A DNA stretch of 64,000 nt, taken from the NCBI GenBank assembly GCA_043797125.1, contig JAZDPX010000033.1, positions 98,527 to 162,526 on the forward strand. Reading direction: 5' to 3'. The notes below the pieces were generated by a model. That model did not search any database. It was given only the letters and a program-made list of their open reading frames with translations, and was not told the origin of the DNA. This document shows positions 9,584 through 20,064 of the stretch, in pieces. How positions within the stretch are numbered: position 1 is the stretch's first letter; every line of letters starts with the position of its first letter. The position numbers were made by a program, and so were the translations under genes. This stretch comes from Candidatus Omnitrophota bacterium (GTDB taxonomy: Bacteria; Omnitrophota; Gorgyraeia; JABMRG01; JAFGKX01).

Positions 9584-10987
9584 TCACCACCTTGTTTTTA
9601 TGAAGGCCTTTGCGTGGCCCGCAAAAGTCCCTCTATATATTGTTTTCAGCGCCATGGACAGAATATAATTAAGCCTAAAATAATATTTTTTGTGCGAAAA
9701 TATATAAAATTGATCAATAGTGTCCCAGCTAAGAACATCGTGCTCATAGATATGTTTGGGCGAAACAGCAAAATTGTACTTACTCCAATCTTTAGTCTTT
9801 ATCCTTTTCTGGCTGTTAAGAGTATCGAACAACGCAGTGCCGGGATACGGAATTAGGATAGCAAACTTCACGTAATCCGGATTCAGTTTCAATGCAAAGT
9901 CTATGGACTTTTTAATATCATCCTCGGTCTCTGTCGGGCTGCCTAAAACAAAATAGCACTCGGTCTCAAGGCCCGCCTTTTTTGCCAGAGACACTGCGCG
10001 CTGGGCATGATCAAGCGTAATGCCTTTATGCAAAACATCCAGAATTCTCTGAGAACCTGATTCTATACCAAACGGGACACGATAGCAACCGGCCTTTTTC
10101 ATTGCCTTAAATAAATCCAGGCTTACCGTGTCAACTCGCAGCCCGCCGCGGGTATACCAGCATAATTTTAAATCTCTTTTGATAATCAGCTCGCAAATCT
10201 CACAGGCCCTTTTTATGTTCGCGTTAAATACATCATCTATTATCTGCATCTCCATATAGCCTAACCTGCGCATCCTATCCATCTCATCAACTACCCTTTC
10301 AGGCGACTTATATCTGATGCGGGAGCCGTGTATATTTTTATTGCAGAAAATACATTTTCCGTAACAGCCGCGCGATGTTTCAAAATACCCGACAGGCCCT
10401 TTTCTGCTTGAAATATTCGGAAGATTATATTTTTTAATATCAAGCAGCTGATACGCCGGAAAAGGCAACTGGTCTAAATCGTTAATAATCTCGCAATCTG
10501 CGTGCGACGCTATTATGCTGCCGTTTTGTTTAAAATAAATATTAGCGATTGTGGGGACAAGCCCTTCCTCCGCTATCCTCTTAACCGTAAAATCCCCTTC
10601 CCCCGCGGCCACGCAATCTATACTGCTTTCATTAAGAACCTCGGCGGGCATAGCCGAGGCATGAGCTCCTCCAACTATAACAATCGTTTTATCATTATTC
10701 TGTTTAACCATGTCGGCGATATCGTACGCCTTTTTTATGGTAGCGGTCGTAGCTGTTATACCGACGATATCCGGCTTAAAATCTCTAAGTTTTTTTGCCA
10801 AAGTCTCGGCGCCTTTATTATCAGAGTTAAGGTCAAGAAGTTCAACAGCGTGCCCGCTTGCCACGGATGGGGTGGCAGCGCAGATTAAACCTAAAGGCGT
10901 TATGTTACGCGAAAGCGCGGCTCTGGCTTTTGATTTATCAAAAACATCGTCAAAATAATTCGGGTTAACAAATAATATCTTTTTCAT
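9584..10987 (-). CDS. B12-binding radical SAM protein
   Basis: N-terminal cobalamin domain (GGAHAS); SRGCYGKCIFC CxxxCxxC; GIESGSQRIL. Confidence 0.92.
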   Translation of the reverse strand: MKKILFVNPNYFDDVFDKSKARAALSRNITPLGLICAATPSVASGHAVELLDLNSDNKGAETLAKKLRDFKPDIVGITATTATIKKAYDIADMVKQNNDKTIVIVGGAHASAMPAEVLNESSIDCVAAGEGDFTVKRIAEEGLVPTIANIYFKQNGSIIASHADCEIINDLDQLPFPAYQLLDIKKYNLPNISSRKGPVGYFETSRGCYGKCIFCNKNIHGSRIRYKSPERVVDEMDRMRRLGYMEMQIIDDVFNANIKRACEICELIIKRDLKLCWYTRGGLRVDTVSLDLFKAMKKAGCYRVPFGIESGSQRILDVLHKGITLDHAQRAVSLAKKAGLETECYFVLGSPTETEDDIKKSIDFALKLNPDYVKFAILIPYPGTALFDTLNSQKRIKTKDWSKYNFAVSPKHIYEHDVLSWDTIDQFYIFSHKKYYFRLNYILSMALKTIYRGTFAGHAKAFIKTRW

Positions 10988-12539
10988 GTGTCTGCTTTTC
11001 TTGGCCTTTCATCATCAGCATCGGCAAAAGCGCAAGCGAAAGATAGTTAACAAATTCAAGCGTATAACTGTAGCGTATAAGCGTAAAATTACTAAGCGAC
11101 GTAATAAGCCCTGAAAGTACCGCCGCAGAAACCATAACAAAAAGAATAAAAGCCCCCGTATGCGTAAACTTTGATGATAAAAGCACAAAAAAACTCAATA
11201 AAAATACCGCAAACATTATTACAGACCAAAAGGATTTTCTAAAAATAGGTTGCTGAATTTTCAGCCTAAAGTTGTCGTGTATTTCCTTAAGCAGGGTCTG
11301 CTTGCAGGCAACGCTTACTTGTCCGTTATCCGCTGTTTTGACTTCAAAAAATTTAAGAGGCCTCGGGTCATAATACTCCCTAAGCATGCCTCTTTTAAGC
11401 TCATCTGTAGGAGCTGACATATATCCTTTATCTATATACAGAAATTTATATCTCTGAGCCACTTCATCATAAAAGTCGGTATCATATTTCATATATAACC
11501 AGTGATAACGCGCCATATTGACAAGAAATAACTTAGTATAAACAGCCGGGTATTTCGCTATTGCGTCCTTGCTTATTCTTCTATACCAGTAACGTTGCTG
11601 TTTATCAGGCAGATCCTTTAATGCTTCGTGCAACGGGCCGAATACGAGGCTGTTGTCCCAATATTTCAATGTGCTGAATGCCCTATCAAGCTTAACAAGG
11701 TCCCATGAATTTAACAGAATGTCGCGGTCTTCGTAACTTACGCGGGATTTTACCTTTTCGATGGCGTAATTTAATTTCTGCGGGTATGCCCTGTCCGTGT
11801 CCAAAAATGTCGATGTTGTCAGCGTCATGGTTATCTCGCCAAAATTATTCAAGGCAAATGAATTAATAGTAAAATAATTATTAGCCATCAAAGCTACAAC
11901 AAGAACAGGCATAGGGATCATAAAGCCTATTATGCATTTAATATTAAACTTGTTTCTCAGCAGAAATAAAAAAGTGATTAAGCATATAGGAAGAAAAAGA
12001 ACTGCTGTCGGCCTTACGTATATGGATAATCCTATAAACACCGAACATAAAATAAAGTAAATTGGTTTTTTTAACCTGACCGCTAAAATAAAAAACGCAA
12101 AAGTCAGCAAGAGCAGATTTACGTATAAGCTTTCTGTTAGAGGTGTAGTGTCCATACTAATATGCAAAGAGCTTGATATAAAAGCGGCCAGCGCGACAGA
12201 TGTAAAAAATGTTAATTTCCGATACGTCCTAAACACCGAATAAACAAAGAAAAGCGCGGCAACAAGAGTAAGTATATTCTGCGCGGCTACAACAGCAAAT
12301 ATTTGATATGTGAACAAAAAAATAACATATAAAAAAAACGGAAATCCAGGCGTTCTGACATCAAAATGCGGGATTTGGTGGTGCGTCATCTGGTCTACTA
12401 AAACATAATACGAGCTGTAATCAGGCGTAATATCAGGCACGGGATAATAAAGAAAAAACGGTAAACGCGTAATTAAAAAAACGACAAAAATTATTAAAGA
12501 TGAAATTAAAAGAAGTGTTAATTGGTTTTTGTTAGACAT
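10965..12539 (-). CDS. Multi-TM membrane protein, GT-C (ArnT/PMT-like) glycosyltransferase
   Basis: PDYSSY, RTPGFP, TESLY, RPT motifs typical of GT-C-like proteins; paralog of 14316..15878. Confidence 0.65.
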   Translation of the reverse strand: MSNKNQLTLLLISSLIIFVVFLITRLPFFLYYPVPDITPDYSSYYVLVDQMTHHQIPHFDVRTPGFPFFLYVIFLFTYQIFAVVAAQNILTLVAALFFVYSVFRTYRKLTFFTSVALAAFISSSLHISMDTTPLTESLYVNLLLLTFAFFILAVRLKKPIYFILCSVFIGLSIYVRPTAVLFLPICLITFLFLLRNKFNIKCIIGFMIPMPVLVVALMANNYFTINSFALNNFGEITMTLTTSTFLDTDRAYPQKLNYAIEKVKSRVSYEDRDILLNSWDLVKLDRAFSTLKYWDNSLVFGPLHEALKDLPDKQQRYWYRRISKDAIAKYPAVYTKLFLVNMARYHWLYMKYDTDFYDEVAQRYKFLYIDKGYMSAPTDELKRGMLREYYDPRPLKFFEVKTADNGQVSVACKQTLLKEIHDNFRLKIQQPIFRKSFWSVIMFAVFLLSFFVLLSSKFTHTGAFILFVMVSAAVLSGLITSLSNFTLIRYSYTLEFVNYLSLALLPMLMMKGQEKQTHEKDIIC

Positions 12540-12588
12540 AAACTAACTCCTGGCTAATCAGCTACCCGCCGCAATTTCCTTACACTTG

Positions 12589-14319
12589 CTATCTGTGCTG
12601 TCCTTGTGATACGAATAGCCTCTTATCCAATAGTAAATAATCCAATTTACTTTTTAAAAAAGTCCTGATCGCATCCTCATAAGTATTAACGATTGGCTCT
12701 CCATGCAAATTAAAACTCGTGTTAATCAGCACCGAACAGCCTGTCAATTCCTTAAAATGCGTTAAAACGTTGTAGATGCTGCCGGTTTCAGGAAAAACGA
12801 TCTGGGGGCGTGTTGTATTGTCGACGTGGTTTGCCGCAGCCGCATGCTGCTGGAATAGCTTGTTGGTTCGACAAGTAATCGTCATGAATTCCATCGCAAA
12901 TTTTTTATTGCTAACATCATCAAAATATGCATCGACATCCTTATCTAAAATAATCGGGGCAAACGGCATAAATTCAGTCCGCATCAGCATCCGGTTTAAA
13001 GTAGTGTTTATCGCCCGGTTAAAAGGATTGCATATTATGGAACGATGGCACAATGCGCGCGGGCCGTATTCCATCCTTCCTTCGACAATGCCAACTATGC
13101 CGCCATTTTTAAGTATTTTCGCGGTATAATAAAAAATGTCGGCTCCTTCAAAAGATTTAATTTCGCAAAGTTTGTACGCACCAATGAGTTTGTCGATATC
13201 GCCGGATGGTTGCGGCCCAAGAAAGACATCCCGTATCTTAATATTTTTGTATTCCTTTCTAAGCATTGCCTTTTCTAGTGATGCACCGAACGCCAGGCCT
13301 CCGTCACCCATATTCGGATGAATATGCATTCCATCTATGAAACTAAGCTCTGAAATCTTCTGATTCAACAACACATTAGCAAAAATACCACCGGAAAGCA
13401 CAATATTAAACTTTGGCATATTAATCAGATTGCGCAAATAACTTATATAATCAATGATATTTACCTCCAAATGCTTCTGTACGCCAGCAGCAATGTCTTT
13501 TTTGCTGTAACCCGCTAAACACTTCCTAAGATAACGTATTTCTGGCTTGCTGTAATATCCTTTGTGCTGGAATAGCCCTTTTGTGTCGCTGAAAGAAAGG
13601 CGTTGATAAAATATAGGAAAAGTCTTTGTTGGGTCTCCAAAAGCCGCCAGACCAGTAACCTTGCCTTCATGCTCCATAGGCCTGAAATTAAGTAATTTAG
13701 TGGCATACCCATAGTAGTGGGCCGGGGATTTAAAAAAAACATTATCATAAATAATATCTTTACATCTGCCATAATTTTTAAAAAAGTATGCTTTTGAAGA
13801 AAAGCCGTCGCCCTGGGCGTCAAAACTTAACGCCAGTCCGTTTTCAAATCCAGAGGTATGAATAGCTGAATTAACATGACAGACATGATGATCAACGAAA
13901 TCAATTTTGCAATTAATGTCAAGCTTATTGATCTGCCTAAACACCATCCTTCTAAACATCATATTTGCCAGCCTGTTAATAACGCAGCGCATAAAAAATT
14001 TATTTTCAAACAGTTTCTTGCCTGCGTGACTGCGCAAAATAAAAGAAACTATTTCTCGCTTTAAACTGAATTTATCCCAATCCCAATCACGGCTACGAAT
14101 ATGTGTATGCGAAGCTACAGCTATTTCACCGATATCTGCAGGCTTTATACCCGCCTCCTTGATGACATATAAAATAGATGCCTTAGGAAATCCTGTATAT
14201 AGTTTTTGTCTGTTAAAGCGTTCCTCATTGGCAGCTGCGACGATTTCCCCTTTATCAGTCAGCAGCGCCGCTCCTGAATCGTGTTCACAGCTAATGCCAA
14301 GTATCATTTTTTTATTCAT
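12589..14319 (-). CDS. Second O-carbamoyltransferase (NodU/CmcH family)
   Basis: ILGISCEHDSGAA, AAANEERF, DHHVCH, GRMEYGPRAL, NTSFNLHGEP. Confidence 0.92.
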   Translation of the reverse strand: MNKKMILGISCEHDSGAALLTDKGEIVAAANEERFNRQKLYTGFPKASILYVIKEAGIKPADIGEIAVASHTHIRSRDWDWDKFSLKREIVSFILRSHAGKKLFENKFFMRCVINRLANMMFRRMVFRQINKLDINCKIDFVDHHVCHVNSAIHTSGFENGLALSFDAQGDGFSSKAYFFKNYGRCKDIIYDNVFFKSPAHYYGYATKLLNFRPMEHEGKVTGLAAFGDPTKTFPIFYQRLSFSDTKGLFQHKGYYSKPEIRYLRKCLAGYSKKDIAAGVQKHLEVNIIDYISYLRNLINMPKFNIVLSGGIFANVLLNQKISELSFIDGMHIHPNMGDGGLAFGASLEKAMLRKEYKNIKIRDVFLGPQPSGDIDKLIGAYKLCEIKSFEGADIFYYTAKILKNGGIVGIVEGRMEYGPRALCHRSIICNPFNRAINTTLNRMLMRTEFMPFAPIILDKDVDAYFDDVSNKKFAMEFMTITCRTNKLFQQHAAAANHVDNTTRPQIVFPETGSIYNVLTHFKELTGCSVLINTSFNLHGEPIVNTYEDAIRTFLKSKLDYLLLDKRLFVSQGQHR

Positions 14320-15878
14320 TGGTATTTTTTTGTGTTAATAAAAAGCGTTGGAAATAACGCTATTGTTATATAATAGATAAATTCCGTTGTGTAACTATAT
14401 CTTACTAGGGTAAAATTAGCAATGCTCGTCAGCAAACCTGCGCAAAACAGGCTGAATGTAAAACAGAACAAGATAAATGCGTTTAAGTCTCTAAAGCGGG
14501 AGTAAAGACATAAACACGTGCTGATTATAAACACAATACCTGTAAGCAGCGGCCAGAAAGCTTTTCTAAATAACGGATATTGTATATGGCTAACATACCA
14601 AAGGTGCGCTTGCTGCATTGGCAGCGATTTGCACTTAACGCTTGCGCCGCCGTCTTCTGTGTGCATAACTTCCATAGTGCTCAGCAAGGATGGGTTAAAA
14701 TATTCTCTAAGCAAACCCCGCCTCAAATGTTCGGGTGATTTTGATTGATAATTTTTATCAATATACAGCAACTTATAGCGGTTGCTTATCTCGGTGTAGA
14801 GATTGTAATCGAATGTGCTATAGGTGTAAAAATATCGCATTAAATTTGTTAATACCAATTTTATATATACATCAAAGTTTTTTCTGATAGCGTCGCGGTA
14901 AATCCTGCGGTAAATAAGCTTTGCCTCATCCTCAGGCATATCTTCCGTCGCCTCAGCCAGCGGCTTGAAAACAGACGAGTTATCCCAATATTTCAGCGTA
15001 TTTATCCTCATATTAAAATCAATTAAATCCCACGAATGTTTCATTGCGTATCTGTCTTGGGCTGCAACCCGGTCGCGTATTTTGTTTATAGCCTCGTTCA
15101 TTGGTTTAGGATATTGTGAATCGGTTTCCAAAAACGTTGAGGTTGTCAGAACCATCGCGGATTCTCCGAAAAGATTTACCGCAAAAACCTTCGTTGTAAA
15201 GAAATTGTACGCCGACAGCGATAAAACCATGATTAAAACCGGCATGACAAAACACAGAATGGACTTTGTACAATAGCTATTCCATATAATATAAAGGATC
15301 ATGATAAGAAAAACCGGGATTAAAAATAACCCCGATGGGCGTATATATATAATGCATCCTGCAAATAATGAACTGAATAAAAAAAATATTTTTTTCCTTG
15401 AATGCAGCGCTAAAACAATAAAAGCGAAAAATAATATAAGGCAGTTAACATAAAGACTCTCACTTAAAAGCGTGGTATCGGAATCCACGTGCAGGCCGCT
15501 TGAGATAAAAGCGGCAAGAGCGATTGACACGGCTAAAGAAATATATTTATAAGTCTTCCAGATTGCATATATAAAAACGGCTAATGATACAAACGTAATA
15601 ACATTCTGAATAAATATAACGGCAATAAGGTTTGGAATAAAAAATAAAATAAGCGATAGAAATAGCGGATAACCCGGCGTGCGTGCGTCAAAAACGGGTA
15701 ATGACCCGTTAAGAATCTTATCTACAAGCGCATAATAACCTGCATAGTCCGGCGTAAAGCTCGGTACCGGATAATACAGAAAAAACGGTAAACGCGTAAT
15801 TAAAAAAGCCGCCAGTATAACAATACAGGAAATTACAAAAAATAGCACCTCTGTTGCTGTATATTGCGCCTTATTCAT
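14316..15878 (-). CDS. Multi-TM membrane protein, GT-C-like; paralog of 10965..12539
   Basis: Shared FLITRLPFFLYYPVP, RTPGYP, SESLY, LKYWDNS, RYSYTxEF. Confidence 0.65.
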   Translation of the reverse strand: MNKAQYTATEVLFFVISCIVILAAFLITRLPFFLYYPVPSFTPDYAGYYALVDKILNGSLPVFDARTPGYPLFLSLILFFIPNLIAVIFIQNVITFVSLAVFIYAIWKTYKYISLAVSIALAAFISSGLHVDSDTTLLSESLYVNCLILFFAFIVLALHSRKKIFFLFSSLFAGCIIYIRPSGLFLIPVFLIMILYIIWNSYCTKSILCFVMPVLIMVLSLSAYNFFTTKVFAVNLFGESAMVLTTSTFLETDSQYPKPMNEAINKIRDRVAAQDRYAMKHSWDLIDFNMRINTLKYWDNSSVFKPLAEATEDMPEDEAKLIYRRIYRDAIRKNFDVYIKLVLTNLMRYFYTYSTFDYNLYTEISNRYKLLYIDKNYQSKSPEHLRRGLLREYFNPSLLSTMEVMHTEDGGASVKCKSLPMQQAHLWYVSHIQYPLFRKAFWPLLTGIVFIISTCLCLYSRFRDLNAFILFCFTFSLFCAGLLTSIANFTLVRYSYTTEFIYYITIALFPTLFINTKKYQ

Positions 15879-15909
15879 TTTGCGTATCCATCATTTGTTA
15901 AGCGTGAAA

Positions 15910-17982
15910 TTATTTTCTTTCATAAACCTCAAAATAAAACGGTGACCAAACCCCGGCTGTCGCGGCTGTAGACATAAGCCTATTGATATAAAAATGATAT
16001 ATTTTTTCTACAAAATCTATATTTTGAAAAGGCGCTGATTCGAAACGCCGTATTTTTACATACCCGCGATTCACCAAAACCTTTCTTAAGCGCTCTATAT
16101 CAACGTCTTTTTCTTGCGCGAAATAAGCGTCATGGCTCGAAATTATCCAGTAATCAGCGTTATCACCCGTTACCAGGCTTGTCGTTTTCTCGTCGTCAGT
16201 AAGCATGCTGTATCTTTCTCCTGCCTTATTGCAATCAACGTCGCTCTGGGCTCTGTCCATGATCTGCGGATAAAACGGATACCACCAGTAGATAGGATGG
16301 CGAATAACCGATATCTTTTTATCTTTAGGTATGCTTTGACTTATAAACTGCTGGGTCATATATTTTGGGGAATAATGTGTCGTAAAAATCACAAACGAAA
16401 CCCCTGCTAAGGTAATTTCTACACACCAAACACAGACCAGCAATACTTTTATGACTTTACCTACCCTGTATTTTACAAATTTATCAACAAAATTAATAAT
16501 GCCCCAAAGGGCATATACAGAACAACATATAAGAACACCTATAAGAAGCGTGTTTCTTGTCATTGCCCCGTGGTCATTAAGCATCACCTGCGTCGAAAAA
16601 GTTTGCGCTACGACAAGCAACAGCCATAACGCACCGGCAATCTGCTCTAAGGATCTGTTCTTAATCGCCAAAAATAGAAATATAATCAAGCCAAGTGTTC
16701 CGAAAACTGCGTTAACATAGCCTATGTTCGGGATTAAAATAATGTTGTATAGCATATCGAACCGGCGCATTATACCAAAAGATAAAGAAAACTGAGGGAA
16801 ATTGCCCTTTACTACGGAATTAAAAATACCTATAAATCCAGCTGCATCAAAACAAAAACTTCTATAAATAAAAGCGACATAAAGCGCTACTGCCAAAGCA
16901 AGTATGCAGACAGCTTGAAAAATAAAGGTCAAATGCCAGAAGAATTTGCGCTTCCATATAAAAACCCTGTATTTGAAAACTAACGCCACAACAACAAACG
17001 CCAGCAAGGCAATAACGCTATGAAATATCCACTTTGTGGCCAATAAAAGTCCTAAAAGCAGCCCGCACAGCGCCGTAGCCGCAATAAACTTCCGCGCAGC
17101 TTCTGCGGAAAAGCTCTCGTAGTTGCGCATATTATAATTATCCGCGAAAAGCGAGGCCTTCTTTGCAAAATCAATAACACCTAGAACGCAGCCGACAAGC
17201 AAAGCATCAGCCAAAAAATTATAAGTTACAGCGCTTCCCATAAAAATATGGGCTGGCGTCATGGCCAGCAAAAACAAAATCACAAAATACGGCCAGTGTT
17301 TTTTGTCACGGAAAATATAATATCTGGCAAGCGTTATAAGCAAAACTGCGAAAAGAATATTAAAGACAGGGCTCGCAAACCTGGCAAATTCCAGAAACGT
17401 ATTAACCGAAGGCTGCGGGCTGTAACCTGTATGCGAGACAAGCCAATACATACAAAGGCCCGAGATACCCAGAAGAACGCTGGGAAAAGGGTAAAATCCG
17501 GATACCCCTGTCGCGCAAGAGCCGGCCCACATTTCTCTTAGCCAGTCCGTTATTAATTTAAAGGAAATTCTTGGATTTGACGCAAAATAATTATAACAGA
17601 CTGTTGAGAAGCGGTAAAAATGATTGATAAAAGACCCCCAGTCCGGATGATCGTTATTATACATTCCGTGCTGAAAACTAAGAACGCGCAATAAGACAAA
17701 GAAAATAACCAGGCAGAAAAATATTATCCGCATTAGCGCAGAGCCCTGCAGAAAACTAGGGCGCCGGTAAATAAATATCAAGATGCCCGCAACAGCAGTG
17801 TAAATAAACAGGCTGTATAGTTGAAAATTTATGGCTTTCGAATACGCAAACACACAAAATACCTTGCCTGCATCTTGCGGAATAAACTTAAGCAGGCAAT
17901 GCGCAGTTATCATAAACAACGCGAAAAAAACAGCGGCTAACGCAAATCTATGCTTCACTAACCTTTTAATGAAAATAATCAT
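15910..17982 (-). CDS. Large multi-TM membrane protein, possibly GT-C-like
   Basis: Many hydrophobic segments, HPDW motif, ATKW, soluble C-terminal domain. Confidence 0.5.
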   Translation of the reverse strand: MIIFIKRLVKHRFALAAVFFALFMITAHCLLKFIPQDAGKVFCVFAYSKAINFQLYSLFIYTAVAGILIFIYRRPSFLQGSALMRIIFFCLVIFFVLLRVLSFQHGMYNNDHPDWGSFINHFYRFSTVCYNYFASNPRISFKLITDWLREMWAGSCATGVSGFYPFPSVLLGISGLCMYWLVSHTGYSPQPSVNTFLEFARFASPVFNILFAVLLITLARYYIFRDKKHWPYFVILFLLAMTPAHIFMGSAVTYNFLADALLVGCVLGVIDFAKKASLFADNYNMRNYESFSAEAARKFIAATALCGLLLGLLLATKWIFHSVIALLAFVVVALVFKYRVFIWKRKFFWHLTFIFQAVCILALAVALYVAFIYRSFCFDAAGFIGIFNSVVKGNFPQFSLSFGIMRRFDMLYNIILIPNIGYVNAVFGTLGLIIFLFLAIKNRSLEQIAGALWLLLVVAQTFSTQVMLNDHGAMTRNTLLIGVLICCSVYALWGIINFVDKFVKYRVGKVIKVLLVCVWCVEITLAGVSFVIFTTHYSPKYMTQQFISQSIPKDKKISVIRHPIYWWYPFYPQIMDRAQSDVDCNKAGERYSMLTDDEKTTSLVTGDNADYWIISSHDAYFAQEKDVDIERLRKVLVNRGYVKIRRFESAPFQNIDFVEKIYHFYINRLMSTAATAGVWSPFYFEVYERK

Positions 17983-17994
17983 ATTGCCGTATCC

Positions 17995-20064
17995 TTACTT
18001 TTTTAGCACAAAAAGACTATTTAAGCCATATACAAACTTTTTATGGCTTTCAAGCGTAAAACCGGCGTCTTCTGCCAGTTTGCGCATCATCTTTTTTGAA
18101 ATACCCCACACTTCCTTATCCTCAATATTTCTGCCTGTAGTATGCTGATCGGGATCACCCCAGAACCTCCATAGCACGCGGTGGCCAAACCAGCCTATAA
18201 AAGGTGAAAGCATCGTAATAAGCACAATGCCTTCGTCTTTAAGAAGCCTCTTTGCCTCCTGCAACGCGACAGCGCGATCTGTTATGTGATTAAGGCTTCC
18301 CACAAAAGAAATTGAATCAAAAGAACTTTTCTTTAACGGTAATTCTTTAGAGGCATCCGCTATAATATCGGCCTCGCTGGCTAATATCTTATCCAGGCCA
18401 TAGCCTTCTTGATTTTCAAGCCGGTACATTTTGATAACGGAATTATCGCCGCAGCCTATATCAAGCGCCAAGCCCCTTAAGCGATCTACGACAATGGCGT
18501 ATCTCTCCTTTGAAAGCGCGGTAAGGCCAAGATAGCTCTGAAACGCAAGCTCATTATTAGGAAAAAGCGCGCGAACCGGGAAAAATAGAAAATCCATGAG
18601 GCCCTGCATAAATGTTTTGCCGCGTTTCGGCGCAACACCGGCTTTGGTAAAAACAAGCAACAGAAAACCAAGTACGCAGCGTTTTAAAGACGCGAAGGAA
18701 TTAATGCTTTTAATAAACCTAAATATCACCCGCAAACGCATGTAAAAACTTCTTATTGCATAGCGCTGCAAACGCTTCAGCTCTTCTTGGGTTCTGCCTT
18801 TTTCAACAAACGGCAGCGTACCTTGCGTCCAGCCTCCCTGAGTCTTGTAATCGCTCCAGGAAAATGAGCGTATCTTGCCTTCATTTTTTAATTCCTCAAA
18901 CAGCGGCGTGCCTGGATATGGTATGGTAATGGTAAACTGCGCCCAGTCAGAATCAAGTTTCTTAGCAAAATCTATAGTCTGCAACGAATCACTCGCGTCT
19001 TCCGAAGGCAAGCCCAACATATAAAAAGCCCTTATGGAGATACCGGCTTTTTTTATTAGTTTTGCCTTTTCCATAATAAGCGCCGTAGTCTCTTTTTTTT
19101 GTATTCTGTTAAGCAGCCTATCTACGCCGCTTTCAACGCCTAATGATATCTGCCAGCATCCGGCCTGCTTCATCGCTGCGAGGATTTCTTCATCCAGAGT
19201 ATCTGCCCTGCTCTCACATGTCCAGCGGACTTTTTTGTTAAGGCCGCTGTCTTTTAAGGCTGCGCACAAGGCAATCACAAAATTTTTGTCTATTGTTAAA
19301 GTATCTGCCTCAAGATTTATCTGAGTCGCATTATATCTGCTGACAAGTAAATTTATTTCGGATATTATCCTTTCCGGTGAATGATGGCGGAATGTCCTGC
19401 CCAACGGATGCGAACAGTAAGAACAGCTAAAGGGGCATCCACGCGCAACAATGACTGTTCCGCAATATCCTGATTTTTTTAAGCGGGTGGCGGTCAAAAA
19501 ATATTTACTCATAGGCAGAAGATCCCTGGCAGGCATGGGGATGTTATCAAGATTTCTTTCGAATTCGCGCGGCGGCGCAGCATACAGTGTTTTGCTGTCT
19601 TTAAAAAATATGCCGTTTACCGTCTTTGGGTCATTACCTAACTCAAGCGTATTAGCAAGTTCTCTTAAAGTTATCTCCGCTTCGCCCTTAACGACAAAAT
19701 CGCATTTTATATCGGTAAGCGTTTCAAAGGGGAGCGCGCTGGCATGGGCTCCGCCTATTATTATCCGTGTGCCTGGGGAATATTGCCTTATGGCGCCCGC
19801 CGTCGCTTTGACTTTATCATACGCAGGCGTAAGCATTGTTATGCCGGCAATGTCAAAAGAGTCGTTTTTAAGTTTTTGCGCGATTAACTGCGGCGTAAAG
19901 TTTTCCACAACAGCATCTATTATCTCAACCTTATGGCCGTCTGCTCTGACAGAGGACGCAAGATAAGCAAGGGCTAACGGTTCGGCATTGCCGCCAAAAT
20001 ACTTAAGTTTGCTGCCGTAACGCTCTTCAAGCGTATATGGGGGATTAATGAGCGCTATTTTCAT
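17995..20064 (-). CDS. B12-binding radical SAM protein fused to a C-terminal class I methyltransferase
   Basis: GGAHAS, ARGCPFSCSYC; C-terminal LDIGCGD...FDSISFVGSLNH. Confidence 0.9.
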   Translation of the reverse strand: MKIALINPPYTLEERYGSKLKYFGGNAEPLALAYLASSVRADGHKVEIIDAVVENFTPQLIAQKLKNDSFDIAGITMLTPAYDKVKATAGAIRQYSPGTRIIIGGAHASALPFETLTDIKCDFVVKGEAEITLRELANTLELGNDPKTVNGIFFKDSKTLYAAPPREFERNLDNIPMPARDLLPMSKYFLTATRLKKSGYCGTVIVARGCPFSCSYCSHPLGRTFRHHSPERIISEINLLVSRYNATQINLEADTLTIDKNFVIALCAALKDSGLNKKVRWTCESRADTLDEEILAAMKQAGCWQISLGVESGVDRLLNRIQKKETTALIMEKAKLIKKAGISIRAFYMLGLPSEDASDSLQTIDFAKKLDSDWAQFTITIPYPGTPLFEELKNEGKIRSFSWSDYKTQGGWTQGTLPFVEKGRTQEELKRLQRYAIRSFYMRLRVIFRFIKSINSFASLKRCVLGFLLLVFTKAGVAPKRGKTFMQGLMDFLFFPVRALFPNNELAFQSYLGLTALSKERYAIVVDRLRGLALDIGCGDNSVIKMYRLENQEGYGLDKILASEADIIADASKELPLKKSSFDSISFVGSLNHITDRAVALQEAKRLLKDEGIVLITMLSPFIGWFGHRVLWRFWGDPDQHTTGRNIEDKEVWGISKKMMRKLAEDAGFTLESHKKFVYGLNSLFVLKK

